Shown here: positions 39,697 through 48,887 of the stretch, piece by piece
How positions within the stretch are numbered: the first letter of the stretch is position 1
Layout: every line of letters begins with the position of its first letter
NCBI GenBank assembly: GCA_041480265.1
Contig: JBGOZP010000009.1
Span: forward strand, 20,952-84,951
Length of the DNA stretch: 64,000 nucleotides
Direction: 5' to 3'
DNA from: Terriglobia bacterium
GTDB lineage: Bacteria; Acidobacteriota; Terriglobia; Acidiferrales; UBA7541
Notes under the pieces: model-generated
What the model saw: only the letters and a program-made list of their open reading frames with translations
Database searches by the model: none
What the model was told of the DNA's origin: nothing
Program-made: the position numbers and the translations under genes

Positions 39697-40625
39697 GCGA
39701 GCCGCGCATGACGTGGATTGCGGAAGACCCGGCGTCAAAGGCCGTCGTCGAACTCGCGCGCAAGGTCGCGGAAACCTCCACCACGCTGCTCATCATCGGA
39801 GAAAGCGGCACCGGGAAGGACCATCTGGCGCGGCTGATCCACGAACTGGGGCCGCGGCGCGATGCGCCGTTTCTGAAAATCGATTGCGCGAGCCTCCCGC
39901 AGGAACTGGTGGAGTCGGAATTGTTCGGGCATGAGCGCGGCGCGTTCACCGGCGCGGTCGAACGCAAGCTTGGCCGGCTGGAGATGGCCGGTACGGGAAC
40001 GATTGTGCTGGACGAGGTCGCGGCGCTTTCCCATGCAACCCAGTCGAAGCTCCTCCGCGTGCTCGAAGAGCGCCAGTTCGAGCGCCTGGGAAGCACGGAA
40101 ACGATCACGATCGAGGCGCGCCTGGTTGCGCTGACCAACTCCGACCTCACGCGCCTGGTCGCAGACGGGCAATTCCGCGAAGACCTCTTTTTCCGCCTGA
40201 GCGTTCTGACGATCCGTGTTCCCGCGCTGCGCGAGCGTCCCGCGGATATCCTGCCGCTGGCGGACGCGCTGCTGGAGCGCGCCGCCCGCGTGCACGGCCG
40301 CGCCGGCGCGGTCTTCGCCGAACCTTTGCGACGAATCCTCGTTGCCTACAGATGGCCCGGCAACGTGCGCGAGCTCAAGAACGCCATCGAACGCGCGATC
40401 GTCTTCTCTACCGGCTCGACGCTCACGGCGGAAAACTTTCCAGAGTCCGTGCGGGCGGCGGATTCCGGCGCCGCCGCGGCGCTTCGCTCGCTCGAAGACA
40501 TCGAACACGAAGCCATTCGCGCGACGCTCGATGCCACCCACTACAAAATCAGCAAGAGCGCCGAAATTCTGGGTATCAGCCGAAAGACGCTGCTGGACAA
40601 ACGCAAGAAGTACGGTTTGAGCTGA
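39693..40625 (+). CDS. sigma54-dependent transcriptional activator, AAA+ and HTH domains only
   Basis: GESGTGKDHLA (Walker A), ELFGHERGAFTGA (GAFTGA loop), VLDEV (Walker B), RWPGNVRELKN, C-terminal Fis-type HTH. No receiver or sensor domain. ATGA overlap with rsfS. Confidence 0.8.
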   Translation: MSEPRMTWIAEDPASKAVVELARKVAETSTTLLIIGESGTGKDHLARLIHELGPRRDAPFLKIDCASLPQELVESELFGHERGAFTGAVERKLGRLEMAGTGTIVLDEVAALSHATQSKLLRVLEERQFERLGSTETITIEARLVALTNSDLTRLVADGQFREDLFFRLSVLTIRVPALRERPADILPLADALLERAARVHGRAGAVFAEPLRRILVAYRWPGNVRELKNAIERAIVFSTGSTLTAENFPESVRAADSGAAAALRSLEDIEHEAIRATLDATHYKISKSAEILGISRKTLLDKRKKYGLS

Positions 40626-40685
40626 AGCGGGACGAGCGCGAGAGCCTGTCTTTCCCGCGCGCCCGGCTCCGTTCATGCTGCGCAA

Positions 40686-41117
40686 ATGAAAATCCGTCTG
40701 GTCATGCTCGGGAAAACGCGCCGTGCGGAGGTTCGCGCCCTCCTGGACGATTACGCGGGGCGCCTCCGGCGCTTCGCGGAAGTGGAGATCACCGAGCTGC
40801 GCGAAGATTCCGCCGCATCGCTGCGCAAGCTCACGCTCGATCCTGGCGCGACCGTGGTCTTGCTGGATGACACAGGAAAGCAGCAGACGTCGGCGCAATT
40901 TGCCGGATGGCTGGGTGAGACACGGGATCGCGGCGCGCGCGAAATTGTGTTTTTGTGCGGCGCAGCCGGCGGGTTTCCCGAAGCGCTGCGCCGCCGAGCC
41001 ATGCAAAAGCTTTCGCTTTCCTCCCTGACGTTCTCGCACGAGCTGGCCCGCGCCATGCTCGCCGAACAACTCTACCGCGCCTTCGCCATTCTCGCCGGGC
41101 ATCCGTATCCAAAGTGA
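40686..41117 (+). CDS. rlmH: 23S rRNA (pseudouridine1915-N3)-methyltransferase
   Basis: MKIRLVMLGKTR...VFLCGAAGGFPEAL...KLSLSSLTFSHELARAMLAEQLYRAF (SPOUT). Confidence 0.85.
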   Translation: MKIRLVMLGKTRRAEVRALLDDYAGRLRRFAEVEITELREDSAASLRKLTLDPGATVVLLDDTGKQQTSAQFAGWLGETRDRGAREIVFLCGAAGGFPEALRRRAMQKLSLSSLTFSHELARAMLAEQLYRAFAILAGHPYPK

Positions 41118-41160
41118 ATTGCGGCGGAGCGGACTGTAATCCCGGCGGTAATTTCCTTTG

Positions 41161-41742
41161 CTATCTGGTCGGTGCTGGAAATTGGATCTTGGGCGCCTCG
41201 CGGGCTGCCTCTGGAGCGGCGAAGTAGGCGTTGTTGCGCTGGAATCCCGCCCAGCCGGCAAAGATATTGTTCGGGAACAGTCCAATGTAGGTGTTGTAGT
41301 CCTGGATCGCGTCGTTGTACCGCTTGCGCTCGACGGCAATGCGGTTTTCCGTGCCTGCCAGCTCGTCCTGCAGCCGGAGGAAATTTTCATTCGATTTCAA
41401 TTGCGGATAATTTTCGACGATGAGAAGCAGCCTTCCGAGCGCGCCATCCAACTGGCCGTTCGCGGCGATCTTGTCCGCGGGAGTCCGGGCGCCCATCAGG
41501 GCGGCGCGGGCGCTGGCGATGTCATGAAAGACGGTCTGCTCCTGCGCCGCAAAGCCCTTTACTGTTTCCACGAGGTTGGGAATCAAATCGGCGCGGCGCT
41601 GGAGCACGACATCCACCTGCGCCCAGTCGGACTTAACGGCTTCATTCTTCCGCACCATTTCGTTGCGCGGGCCGATATACATCCCCGCAATCACGAGCGC
41701 AACCAGCGCCATCCCTCCCAGAACCATCAATCCTTTTTTCAT
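41161..41742 (-). CDS. lemA: LemA family protein
   Basis: N-terminal TM, then WAQVDVVLQRRADLIPNLVETVKGFAAQEQTVF...ENYPQLKSNENFLRLQDEL. Confidence 0.85.
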   Translation of the reverse strand: MKKGLMVLGGMALVALVIAGMYIGPRNEMVRKNEAVKSDWAQVDVVLQRRADLIPNLVETVKGFAAQEQTVFHDIASARAALMGARTPADKIAANGQLDGALGRLLLIVENYPQLKSNENFLRLQDELAGTENRIAVERKRYNDAIQDYNTYIGLFPNNIFAGWAGFQRNNAYFAAPEAAREAPKIQFPAPTR

Positions 41743-41769
41743 GTGCGTTCTCCTCCCTAAAGCCGCTGC

Positions 41770-42489
41770 TTATTTTCGCGCATCAAGCTGTCGGTCAAAC
41801 TCGTCGGTCACCGCTTCCACGAAAGCGAAATAGCGCTCCAGAATCTCCTCGGCGTCAATTTCGCGCTCTTTCCGTTTGCCTTCGCGAAAGTCCAGAATGG
41901 CATAAAAACCGCTGGGATCGGAGTGGGCGAATTGCGCGATGCGATCGATCGCCTCGCGCTTGTTCGCGGGCGGCGCCTCGCCCAAGGCGATTAATGCGTG
42001 GCGGAAGAGCACTGCAAAGGCCGAAAAGGACGACACCATCAAATCCAGATACGCTTTTTTCTTTTTCGGCGCGGCCAGAATGGCCTGCCGAAGACGCAGC
42101 CAGTCCGTGCGCAGCTCGCGCTCGACCTGAATCGAATGGTAATGCAGAGGCACCGTGAGGCCTGCAAAGAGATCTTCTCCGTAGAGCATCCGGTGATGCG
42201 TCTTCATGTCCAGCAGTTCGATCGCGAAAACGTCCGCGGAGCGCCGTAATTCCTCCAGTGTAAACAACAGCGGCGCGCGATGCCCTTGCCGCAGCCACCA
42301 CTCCACCGGCGCGTGAAGCGCTTCAATCCGCGCGGCGTCGGCTTGTTCAAGAACGCAAAGGAGATTCAGGTCCGAATGTTTGGAGTGAAACTCCCCTGTC
42401 ACGGCGGAGCCGTACAGAGCTATGGCTTTCAAGTTCCCGGCAGCGGAAGACTTCAGTTTTTCGACGAATTCGTCCAGCTTGTGGTCCAT
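41770..42489 (-). CDS. nucleotidyltransferase-domain protein with helical C-terminal domain (KNTase/MNT-HEPN-like architecture)
   Basis: ALYGSAVTGEFHSKHSDLNLL (GS...D-x-N/D NTase pattern). The C-terminal helical half contains RIAQFAH (an R-x5-H string). Confidence 0.55.
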   Translation of the reverse strand: MDHKLDEFVEKLKSSAAGNLKAIALYGSAVTGEFHSKHSDLNLLCVLEQADAARIEALHAPVEWWLRQGHRAPLLFTLEELRRSADVFAIELLDMKTHHRMLYGEDLFAGLTVPLHYHSIQVERELRTDWLRLRQAILAAPKKKKAYLDLMVSSFSAFAVLFRHALIALGEAPPANKREAIDRIAQFAHSDPSGFYAILDFREGKRKEREIDAEEILERYFAFVEAVTDEFDRQLDARK

Positions 42490-42518
42490 GGACCTTCACT
42501 CCTCTTGTCTAGCGTATT

Positions 42519-43364
42519 TCACCAGCTTCCGCTCGCGCCGCCGCCTCCAAATGATCCTCCCCCGAAGCCTCCAAATCCACCACCGCCGCCTCCTCCTCCC
42601 CCGAAACCGCCCCCTCCCCAGGATCCACCGCCATACCCAGGGCCGGCCATCCACCAGCCACCTCGCCGGCGGGAAGACCTGATCGATGGGCCAAACAGCA
42701 GGACGGAAATGAAATTCAGCAGAGGCGACATCAGAGCAAAGACCACAATGATGACCCACAGCAGGTTCGTTACTAGAAACCTCAACACAGGAGAGGTGTA
42801 ATCCGATTCAGGTTCGGGTGGCGGCGCTCCCGCCAGCGTATCCAGTGAAAGCCCGCGATCCGCGGCGATGACCGCGGCAACGCGTTGCGTGAGCAGCATC
42901 ATGGCGCCGTCATAATCATTTCCCCGGAGGTAGGGGACCATCTCGCGGCCGAAACCGCCCACTTTGCCGTCCGGGAGGATTGGCTCCAGGCCGTAGCCAA
43001 CTTCAACGCGATACTTGCGGTCGTTAGGAGCGAGCAGGATCAGCACGCCGCGAGATTGCTGCTTCGGCCCAACGCCCCACTGCGTGGCCAGTTCAATCGA
43101 GAACTGCTCGACCGGCTCGCCTTCGAGTGAAGAGACAGTGACGACCGCGATTTGCGCTCCGGCCTTCTGATCGACTTCGGCGCACAGGGCCGCCAGCTTT
43201 GCTTTGGCCGGCGCGCTCAAGACTCCCGCGAAGTCGTTCACATAGCCTTGCGGTTTGAGATTCTTAACTTGTTCGGCGGACACACACAAGGCGCCAAGAA
43301 TTAGGAAAAATAGAAGAGAAAGTGAACGAGCGGTGAATTTCGCGAAGCGGTTCTTAAAGGACAT
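42519..43364 (-). CDS. TPM-domain (YgcG-like) membrane protein with Gly-rich tail
   Basis: YVNDFAGVLSAPAKAKL...QIAVVTVSSLEG...GVLILLAPNDRKYRVEVGYGLE, TM segments, C-terminal GGGGFGGGGGGGGGFGG. Start trimmed to MSFKNRF. Confidence 0.75.
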   Translation of the reverse strand: MSFKNRFAKFTARSLSLLFFLILGALCVSAEQVKNLKPQGYVNDFAGVLSAPAKAKLAALCAEVDQKAGAQIAVVTVSSLEGEPVEQFSIELATQWGVGPKQQSRGVLILLAPNDRKYRVEVGYGLEPILPDGKVGGFGREMVPYLRGNDYDGAMMLLTQRVAAVIAADRGLSLDTLAGAPPPEPESDYTSPVLRFLVTNLLWVIIVVFALMSPLLNFISVLLFGPSIRSSRRRGGWWMAGPGYGGGSWGGGGFGGGGGGGGGFGGFGGGSFGGGGASGSW

Positions 43365-43517
43365 CCGAAGCCAACTCTCACGAAGCAATCCATCTTAGGA
43401 TGGCGTTCCGCGGACGTCAATGTCGAGAAGGTGCTCGCACTCGAGAACGTGAAGGACATTCGAGAACTTCGCCCTTTCCTTCAATTGACATGATCGAGCC
43501 ACTCATGGCTTACGTAA

Positions 43518-45278
43518 TCATTTCCGATCTTTGATCGGAGGATAGTAATGTTCATACGTGCCATCCAGCATCTTCTTCATCTGGGCTTCTGCATACTTCC
43601 ATGGATCACGCGAATAATCTTCATAACTCCCCGGAGCATTGATTCCCGGAACGTCCGGAACCCAGTCTTCGCTTAGGATCCTGTCGGGGTCGCCATGCTT
43701 TGCGGCCGCCGCGCGCACCTCGGGATCGTCCAAAGCAACCAAATGTCCCCGGTCAACCACCGTCACCCATTGGCCAGTACTCTTCCGATGCACCTGATAC
43801 GTAGTAAAATAATTATGGATGTGAAAATCGTGCCCGGTCGGGAGACTATTTTCCTCGCCAAATTTCAGCCATCTCACCGGCTGTCCAACGGATCCTTCTT
43901 CGGTGGGAATTTCATTTCCGAACCCCCAGTGAAACACACCGGTCCGGTATCGCTCAAAGGTCAGGCAATAAATTCCCGTGTGTCCGCCACCATAAAAGTC
44001 AGAGGGATTCCGAAAATTCTTTGGCTGGGTGCCAAGGGCTAGCTCCCAGAGATGCCAGTACCCGGGACGGTCATAATAAGGATACTTCGCGTCATTGATG
44101 TGCGGGTACTGGAGGAACTCGCGTAAGACGTCGCCATACATGCCGCCCCCCTTTACCTGCGTCATATAGCCGTCTTTGTATGTGATCTCCATGCGAGGCC
44201 AAAAACCACCGGAACCGTTGGTTCCGGCAATCACACCGTTGGGAACGGCAATCGGCTCGCGCGGTGTCCACTCCTTATTGGGGGTTGGATAGTTGTCGAT
44301 CAGGACGCCGTACGTGCCTGTGGCAGTATCGGGATACATCAGAAGATGTGCCGGTTGATAGAGACCCTTCAGCCATCGTTGTGCCATCTCAGGGGTTACG
44401 TCCCAGCTGATATCCGTGCCCTCGGGGTCGGTGACGTGGACTCTATCGATATCCGGAGTCATCTTCTCGATGGTCTTCTTTTCAATCAGGTGATACACGT
44501 CGCTGGGAAAATTCGGAATGTCGCTGGCCAGAACCCAGAAATTAGCGAAGGTGGTGGGTCCCTTGTGCTTTACCCCTTGAGCGCCAAGAGCTCGCGGACC
44601 CGAGAATCCCCCTCCAGGCTTACCCCAGTAAAACGCAGTAACTTCGGGATGTTTTTCGAGGTACTCTCGGATGGCGTTCCCGATACTTGGGGATCTCATC
44701 TTCGCGGCTTTAGCCACGAAATCCGGAGGGATATCCTGATCTTTCGGATATAGGGCGTCGTACACGTCAGGTCTTCTCTTCCTCAGCCACTCCTTGGCGA
44801 CGTCAGGATGCGACCACACGCGTGGAGACTCATCAAACCAATAATTCCTTGCTTCCAGATATCCTTGTTTGGCGCTGGGGATGAAAGTTAGCTTGCGATA
44901 CATGTCACCATCTTCGCGAGTGAGTCCCACCATCTCAGCTTCGCTCCTGATGATGACCTTAATGCCGCGCTCCTCGAGGGCACGGCGAACAGCTTCCAAA
45001 GGCAACGGCTCAGCTGTGGCGTCCGGAACGAAAAGTAATGTGTCTCCAGCATTAAAGTTGCCCATGCCATATCCCAGGTTGCCCTGCTTCGTAAGAACGA
45101 ACGCCCTGGCCTTAGGCATGAGATCGTCAACAGATTTTGGTTCCTTGAAGTAAGACGGAAAGCGCGGCTCGAGGTACTTCGTTTTCCCATTCACTTTTTG
45201 CAAGCTTTGCGCCCAGGTAACAGAAAGCGCAATCACAAACAATAGGCTTAGAGCCGCAAATCCTCGATGGAATTTCAT
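43518..45278 (-). CDS. hypothetical secreted protein, 586 aa
   Basis: Signal MKFHRGFAALSLLFVIALSVTWAQS. Long uninterrupted ORF in a lower-G+C patch. No family recognised with confidence; a His/Asp-rich block HWGFGNE...TGHDFHIHNY might be a metal site. Confidence 0.5.
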   Translation of the reverse strand: MKFHRGFAALSLLFVIALSVTWAQSLQKVNGKTKYLEPRFPSYFKEPKSVDDLMPKARAFVLTKQGNLGYGMGNFNAGDTLLFVPDATAEPLPLEAVRRALEERGIKVIIRSEAEMVGLTREDGDMYRKLTFIPSAKQGYLEARNYWFDESPRVWSHPDVAKEWLRKRRPDVYDALYPKDQDIPPDFVAKAAKMRSPSIGNAIREYLEKHPEVTAFYWGKPGGGFSGPRALGAQGVKHKGPTTFANFWVLASDIPNFPSDVYHLIEKKTIEKMTPDIDRVHVTDPEGTDISWDVTPEMAQRWLKGLYQPAHLLMYPDTATGTYGVLIDNYPTPNKEWTPREPIAVPNGVIAGTNGSGGFWPRMEITYKDGYMTQVKGGGMYGDVLREFLQYPHINDAKYPYYDRPGYWHLWELALGTQPKNFRNPSDFYGGGHTGIYCLTFERYRTGVFHWGFGNEIPTEEGSVGQPVRWLKFGEENSLPTGHDFHIHNYFTTYQVHRKSTGQWVTVVDRGHLVALDDPEVRAAAAKHGDPDRILSEDWVPDVPGINAPGSYEDYSRDPWKYAEAQMKKMLDGTYEHYYPPIKDRK

Positions 45279-45474
45279 CTTGATCCCCTCTCCAACTTCG
45301 AGTCCTTATCCTCCGGTGTTCGGGATGACCCTACATCAAGACCCAAAAGGTGTCACTACCGTTTTCTGACAGGCAGGCGAGCCCGGATCAGGCCGGTTCG
45401 TCTGCGCTCCTCTGTGCTACTAATCCGTAAATTATTTGCGTGGCGCGACGAACTTTGGTTGCGGCCCCGCCTCG

Positions 45475-45560
45475 CTGTGGTTCTCTGTGATTCTTTGTGT
45501 CCTCTGTGTTGAGCTTTTCGGAATTTAACACAGAGAACACAAAGAAGTGCCACAGAGACC
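45475..45560. repeat. CTCTGTG heptad-arm hairpin (closed form)
   Basis: ctgtggttctctgtgattctttgtgtcctctgtgttgag - loop - ttaacacagagaacacaaagaagtgccacagag. Confidence 0.75.
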
Positions 45561-45627
45561 ACTGAGGGCTTAATGAAGGCGGAAAGGAATAGACGATGGA
45601 AAGACAAATAATGATAAGCCGAAATCT

Positions 45628-47040
45628 CTATTGGCGCTGTTTTTCGCGCTCGGTTTTTCCCTCGGCCATAATTTGTTCGATCTCATCGGGCGAGCGCGGC
45701 AGGCGCGCCGTGAGCAGCTTGTAGCCTGCCGGCGTGATGAGTACGTCGTCTTCGATGCGCACGCCAAGATTTTCCTCGGGAATGTAAATTCCGGGCTCGA
45801 TGGTGATGACCATCCCGGGCTCGAGCGGGCGCGAAGGGCCAGGACCGCTGGGGTCGTGCACGTTCAACCCAAGGTGGTGGCTCAGGCCGTGAATGTAGTA
45901 CTGGCCAAGCGGGCGGCCCTCCTTGTCCTTGCCGTGCGAATTGATGTAATCCGTGGCGATCTTCTGCAGGCTCGCAGGACCCTGGCCGCCCATCGTCATG
46001 CCAGGCTTGAGCGCGGCGAGCGCGGCGTTTTGCGCGCCCAAAACGATTTCATAAATTTCGCGCTGGCGGGGCGTGAATTTGCCATTGGCGGGAATTGTGC
46101 GCGTGATGTCCGCGGCGTACCCTGAGTACTGGCCCGCGACGTCGAGCAACACAATGTCGCCGCTATCGATCTGGCGATCGAGCTTGTTGTAGTGCAGCAC
46201 GGTCGAGTTAATGCCCGAGCCGACAATCGGCGCATACGCTTCCGTCTCGCAGCCGGCTTCGGCGTGAATCTCGACCATTTTCGCGGCCACCTGATACTCG
46301 TACAGCCCCGAATGCATCATTTTCATGGCCGCGAAATGCGCGTCAATGGAAGGTTCAATCGTCTTGGTGAGCAGGGTCAGCTCGCCGGGCGACTTGATCG
46401 CGCGCAGCGTGTCCACCGCCGCGGAAACGTCCCTGAGCGTAACGTGCGTTGCGGCGCCCTTGATCCAATTGGACCAGTTGACCGCGTGCGGATAGCCCTC
46501 ATCGTGCGGACCTGGCAATTCGGTATAAATTTCCGGGAAATCCCGGCTGAGGTTGGCGAGCGTTTCGTGCAGCTTCGTGAAGGATTCGACAGCAGCGAAG
46601 CCAGTTTTTTCCTTGATGCCGGGATCGTCCGGACCCAGCCGCGGACCGTTCCATTTTTCCTCGGCCAGATCGCGCGGCGGGAGATAGAGAATTTCATGAG
46701 GGCCGGTCCAGCCCTTTTGCGCCGCCGATTCGGGGAGCAGCAGCAGCGCCGCCCCCTCTTCGTTGTGCCCGGTCAAGTAATAAAAATTCTCTTCCTGCAT
46801 GAAAACGTAGGAAGGATTTGCTTCCTCGTGCCCCGTGTAGCCGAAAATCACGATAGGCGCGCCCACAGCGGCGATCAGCTTGGCGCGCCGCTCAGCAAAC
46901 ACACTGTTCGGCTCGCGCTCCCAGGCCCGCACCATCGGCGCGAGACAGATCAGCAGGAAAAGAATGAGACCGCCGCGTAGGATCGAGCTTCGCCGGTTCA
47001 TCAGGCACCTCGCCATGCAACTCTTCCGAAAACATACCAC
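45628..47040 (-). CDS. Xaa-Pro aminopeptidase (M24B), secreted
   Basis: AMP_N-like N-domain. DVAGQYSGYAADITRT, HGLSHHLGLNVHD, TIEPGIY, RIEDDV metal ligands. Start may be a downstream ATG. Confidence 0.8.
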   Translation of the reverse strand: MVCFRKSCMARCLMNRRSSILRGGLILFLLICLAPMVRAWEREPNSVFAERRAKLIAAVGAPIVIFGYTGHEEANPSYVFMQEENFYYLTGHNEEGAALLLLPESAAQKGWTGPHEILYLPPRDLAEEKWNGPRLGPDDPGIKEKTGFAAVESFTKLHETLANLSRDFPEIYTELPGPHDEGYPHAVNWSNWIKGAATHVTLRDVSAAVDTLRAIKSPGELTLLTKTIEPSIDAHFAAMKMMHSGLYEYQVAAKMVEIHAEAGCETEAYAPIVGSGINSTVLHYNKLDRQIDSGDIVLLDVAGQYSGYAADITRTIPANGKFTPRQREIYEIVLGAQNAALAALKPGMTMGGQGPASLQKIATDYINSHGKDKEGRPLGQYYIHGLSHHLGLNVHDPSGPGPSRPLEPGMVITIEPGIYIPEENLGVRIEDDVLITPAGYKLLTARLPRSPDEIEQIMAEGKTEREKQRQ

Positions 47041-47078
47041 GACGACGCCATCTTACATGAGGAACGATGCCCCGGAGC

Positions 47079-47149
47079 TTGTAGCGCCGCCTTTCAAGGC
47101 GGCACCTTGCGGACTAGGACGGGTGCCCGCTTGAAAGCGGGCGCTACAC
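47079..47149. repeat. TGTAGCGCC-type structured element, opposite orientation
   Basis: ttgtagcgcc-gcctttcaaggcggc-accttgcggactaggacgggtgcc-cgcttgaaagcgg-gcgctacac. Confidence 0.7.
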
Positions 47150-47159
47150 GGGCTAATGG

Positions 47160-48887
47160 CTAAAACCCCGGCGCGCCGGAGGCGGCGGGGCGAACTTCCG
47201 CGGCGGGCACGGGGCGAGCGCCGAAGCGGAGACGCTCGATCCAGCCTTGCGCGACCGACATGACGCCGGTGTAAAGGAAGCCCCAGACGAACAGGGCCAG
47301 GAACGGCGTGGTGGCGTAATTCTCATTCTGGATGGAGTACACGATCGTCAGGGCAAAGTAGAGGCCCAGCGCGATTTCCAGGTACGGCATCCATCCGGCG
47401 CGGTTGCGATAGAGTTTCTTCTTCCATGTGCCGGACTGGCCATCAATATTGAATTTCGGAGTGCGCGCGAATTCCGATTGCACGCCAAAAATGGCTTCGA
47501 GCACGGCCTTGGCGTTGCGCACGGATAAGCCGATGCCCACGGCCATCACGAACGGCAAATAGAGGATCGAGCGTTTCCACGTCTTCGGATAGAGAGCGCG
47601 CTGCGAGGCCAGATAGAAACCGGAAATCGAGCAGCTCGACGCGATGAACAGCGGCAAGTCAATGACCAGCATCTGGAACCAGCCCTGGTAGAAACGCACG
47701 ATCATGGCGGGTAGCAACAGCGTCGAGAGAATCACCATGAAGGGATAGCTGATATTGGCCGTGAGGTGGAAAACGGCTTCGGCCTTGACGTGCGTGGGCT
47801 GGTCCGAACGCAAGACGCGCGGAAGGATTTTCTTCGCCGTCTGCATCAATCCCTTGGCCCAGCGCGCCTGCTGCGCCTTGAAAGCGTTCATCTCCACGGG
47901 CAATTCGGAGGCGCATTCGATATCTGGCAAATAGAGAAACCGCCAGCCGCACAGCTGCGCGCGGTAGGAAAGATCGGTATCTTCGGTGAGCGTATCGTGC
48001 TGCCAGCCGCCGGCATCGTCGATCGCGCACCGCCGCCAGACGCCCGCGGTGCCGTTGAAATTGAAAAAGCTGCCGCTGCGCGAACGCGCGCCGTGCTCCA
48101 TGACGAAGTGGCCGTCGAGCAGGATGGTTTCGACCTCGGTCAGCGCGGAGTAGTGGCGGTTCAGGTACGTCCAGCGCGTCTGGACCATGGCAATCCCGGG
48201 AGCGGCGAAATAGGGCAGCGTGCGGCGCAGGAAATCCGCCGCCGGGACGAAATCGGCGTCGAAGATGGCGACAAATTCGCCGGTCGCGGACTCCAGACCC
48301 GCGGCGAGCGCCCCGGCTTTGTAGCCCGTGCGATCGTTGCGGTGCAGATAGCGGATGGGCAAGCCGAGCGCCTGGTAACGCTCGACGCAAGAGCGCGCGA
48401 CCTCCTGCGTTTCGTCGGTCGAATCGTCGAGCACCTGAATGTCGAGCAGTTCGCGCGGATAATCGAAGCGCGCGACCGTGTCCACGAGGCGTTCGATGAC
48501 ATAGCGTTCGTTATAGATGGGAAGCTGTATGGTAACCTTGGGCCACTCGGCAAGAGCGGGCGGCGGGCCGGGAACATTGCGGCGGTTCTTGAAATAGGCG
48601 TAGACCAGGTAGTAGCGATGCATGCCGTACGAGGCCAGGATCACCAGGACGATAAAGTACGGGATCATGATGGCCAGATCGAACGAGTTGAGATGGTACA
48701 GCCCGCGGAACGGATTGCGATTCGGGTCCGTGAGCTTGGACCAATAGTTCGATAGCGGACTTTGCGCCGCTGCCGCCAGGTAGCCCAGAAGAGGTTGCGC
48801 GAAACTCAAAACGGATATTCTCCCTTGCGAAAAATCAACCTGCGAAAGCCAAAATGTTGAACGCCGCGGCGAGCCGGCGAGAGCCAT
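47160..48887 (-). CDS. processive family-2 glycosyltransferase (cellulose-synthase-like fold)
   Basis: VTIQLPIYNE..., LDDSTD, YKAGAL, FDADF, TEDTDLS, QQARWAKG (QxxRW), multiple TM helices. Start uncertain because the ORF overlaps the divergent neighbour. Confidence 0.8.
   Translation of the reverse strand: MALAGSPRRSTFWLSQVDFSQGRISVLSFAQPLLGYLAAAAQSPLSNYWSKLTDPNRNPFRGLYHLNSFDLAIMIPYFIVLVILASYGMHRYYLVYAYFKNRRNVPGPPPALAEWPKVTIQLPIYNERYVIERLVDTVARFDYPRELLDIQVLDDSTDETQEVARSCVERYQALGLPIRYLHRNDRTGYKAGALAAGLESATGEFVAIFDADFVPAADFLRRTLPYFAAPGIAMVQTRWTYLNRHYSALTEVETILLDGHFVMEHGARSRSGSFFNFNGTAGVWRRCAIDDAGGWQHDTLTEDTDLSYRAQLCGWRFLYLPDIECASELPVEMNAFKAQQARWAKGLMQTAKKILPRVLRSDQPTHVKAEAVFHLTANISYPFMVILSTLLLPAMIVRFYQGWFQMLVIDLPLFIASSCSISGFYLASQRALYPKTWKRSILYLPFVMAVGIGLSVRNAKAVLEAIFGVQSEFARTPKFNIDGQSGTWKKKLYRNRAGWMPYLEIALGLYFALTIVYSIQNENYATTPFLALFVWGFLYTGVMSVAQGWIERLRFGARPVPAAEVRPAASGAPGF

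Noticed and set aside
44382-44397. Sigma54-promoter-like strings: TGGCACAACGATGGCT on the minus strand at 44382-44397, and CTGGCAC...TTGC at about 29866-29885.
   Set aside because: The first is inside a coding region and has an imperfect -12 element. The second has 13 nt instead of 10 nt between GG and GC. No convincing target promoter for the bEBP is visible in this window.
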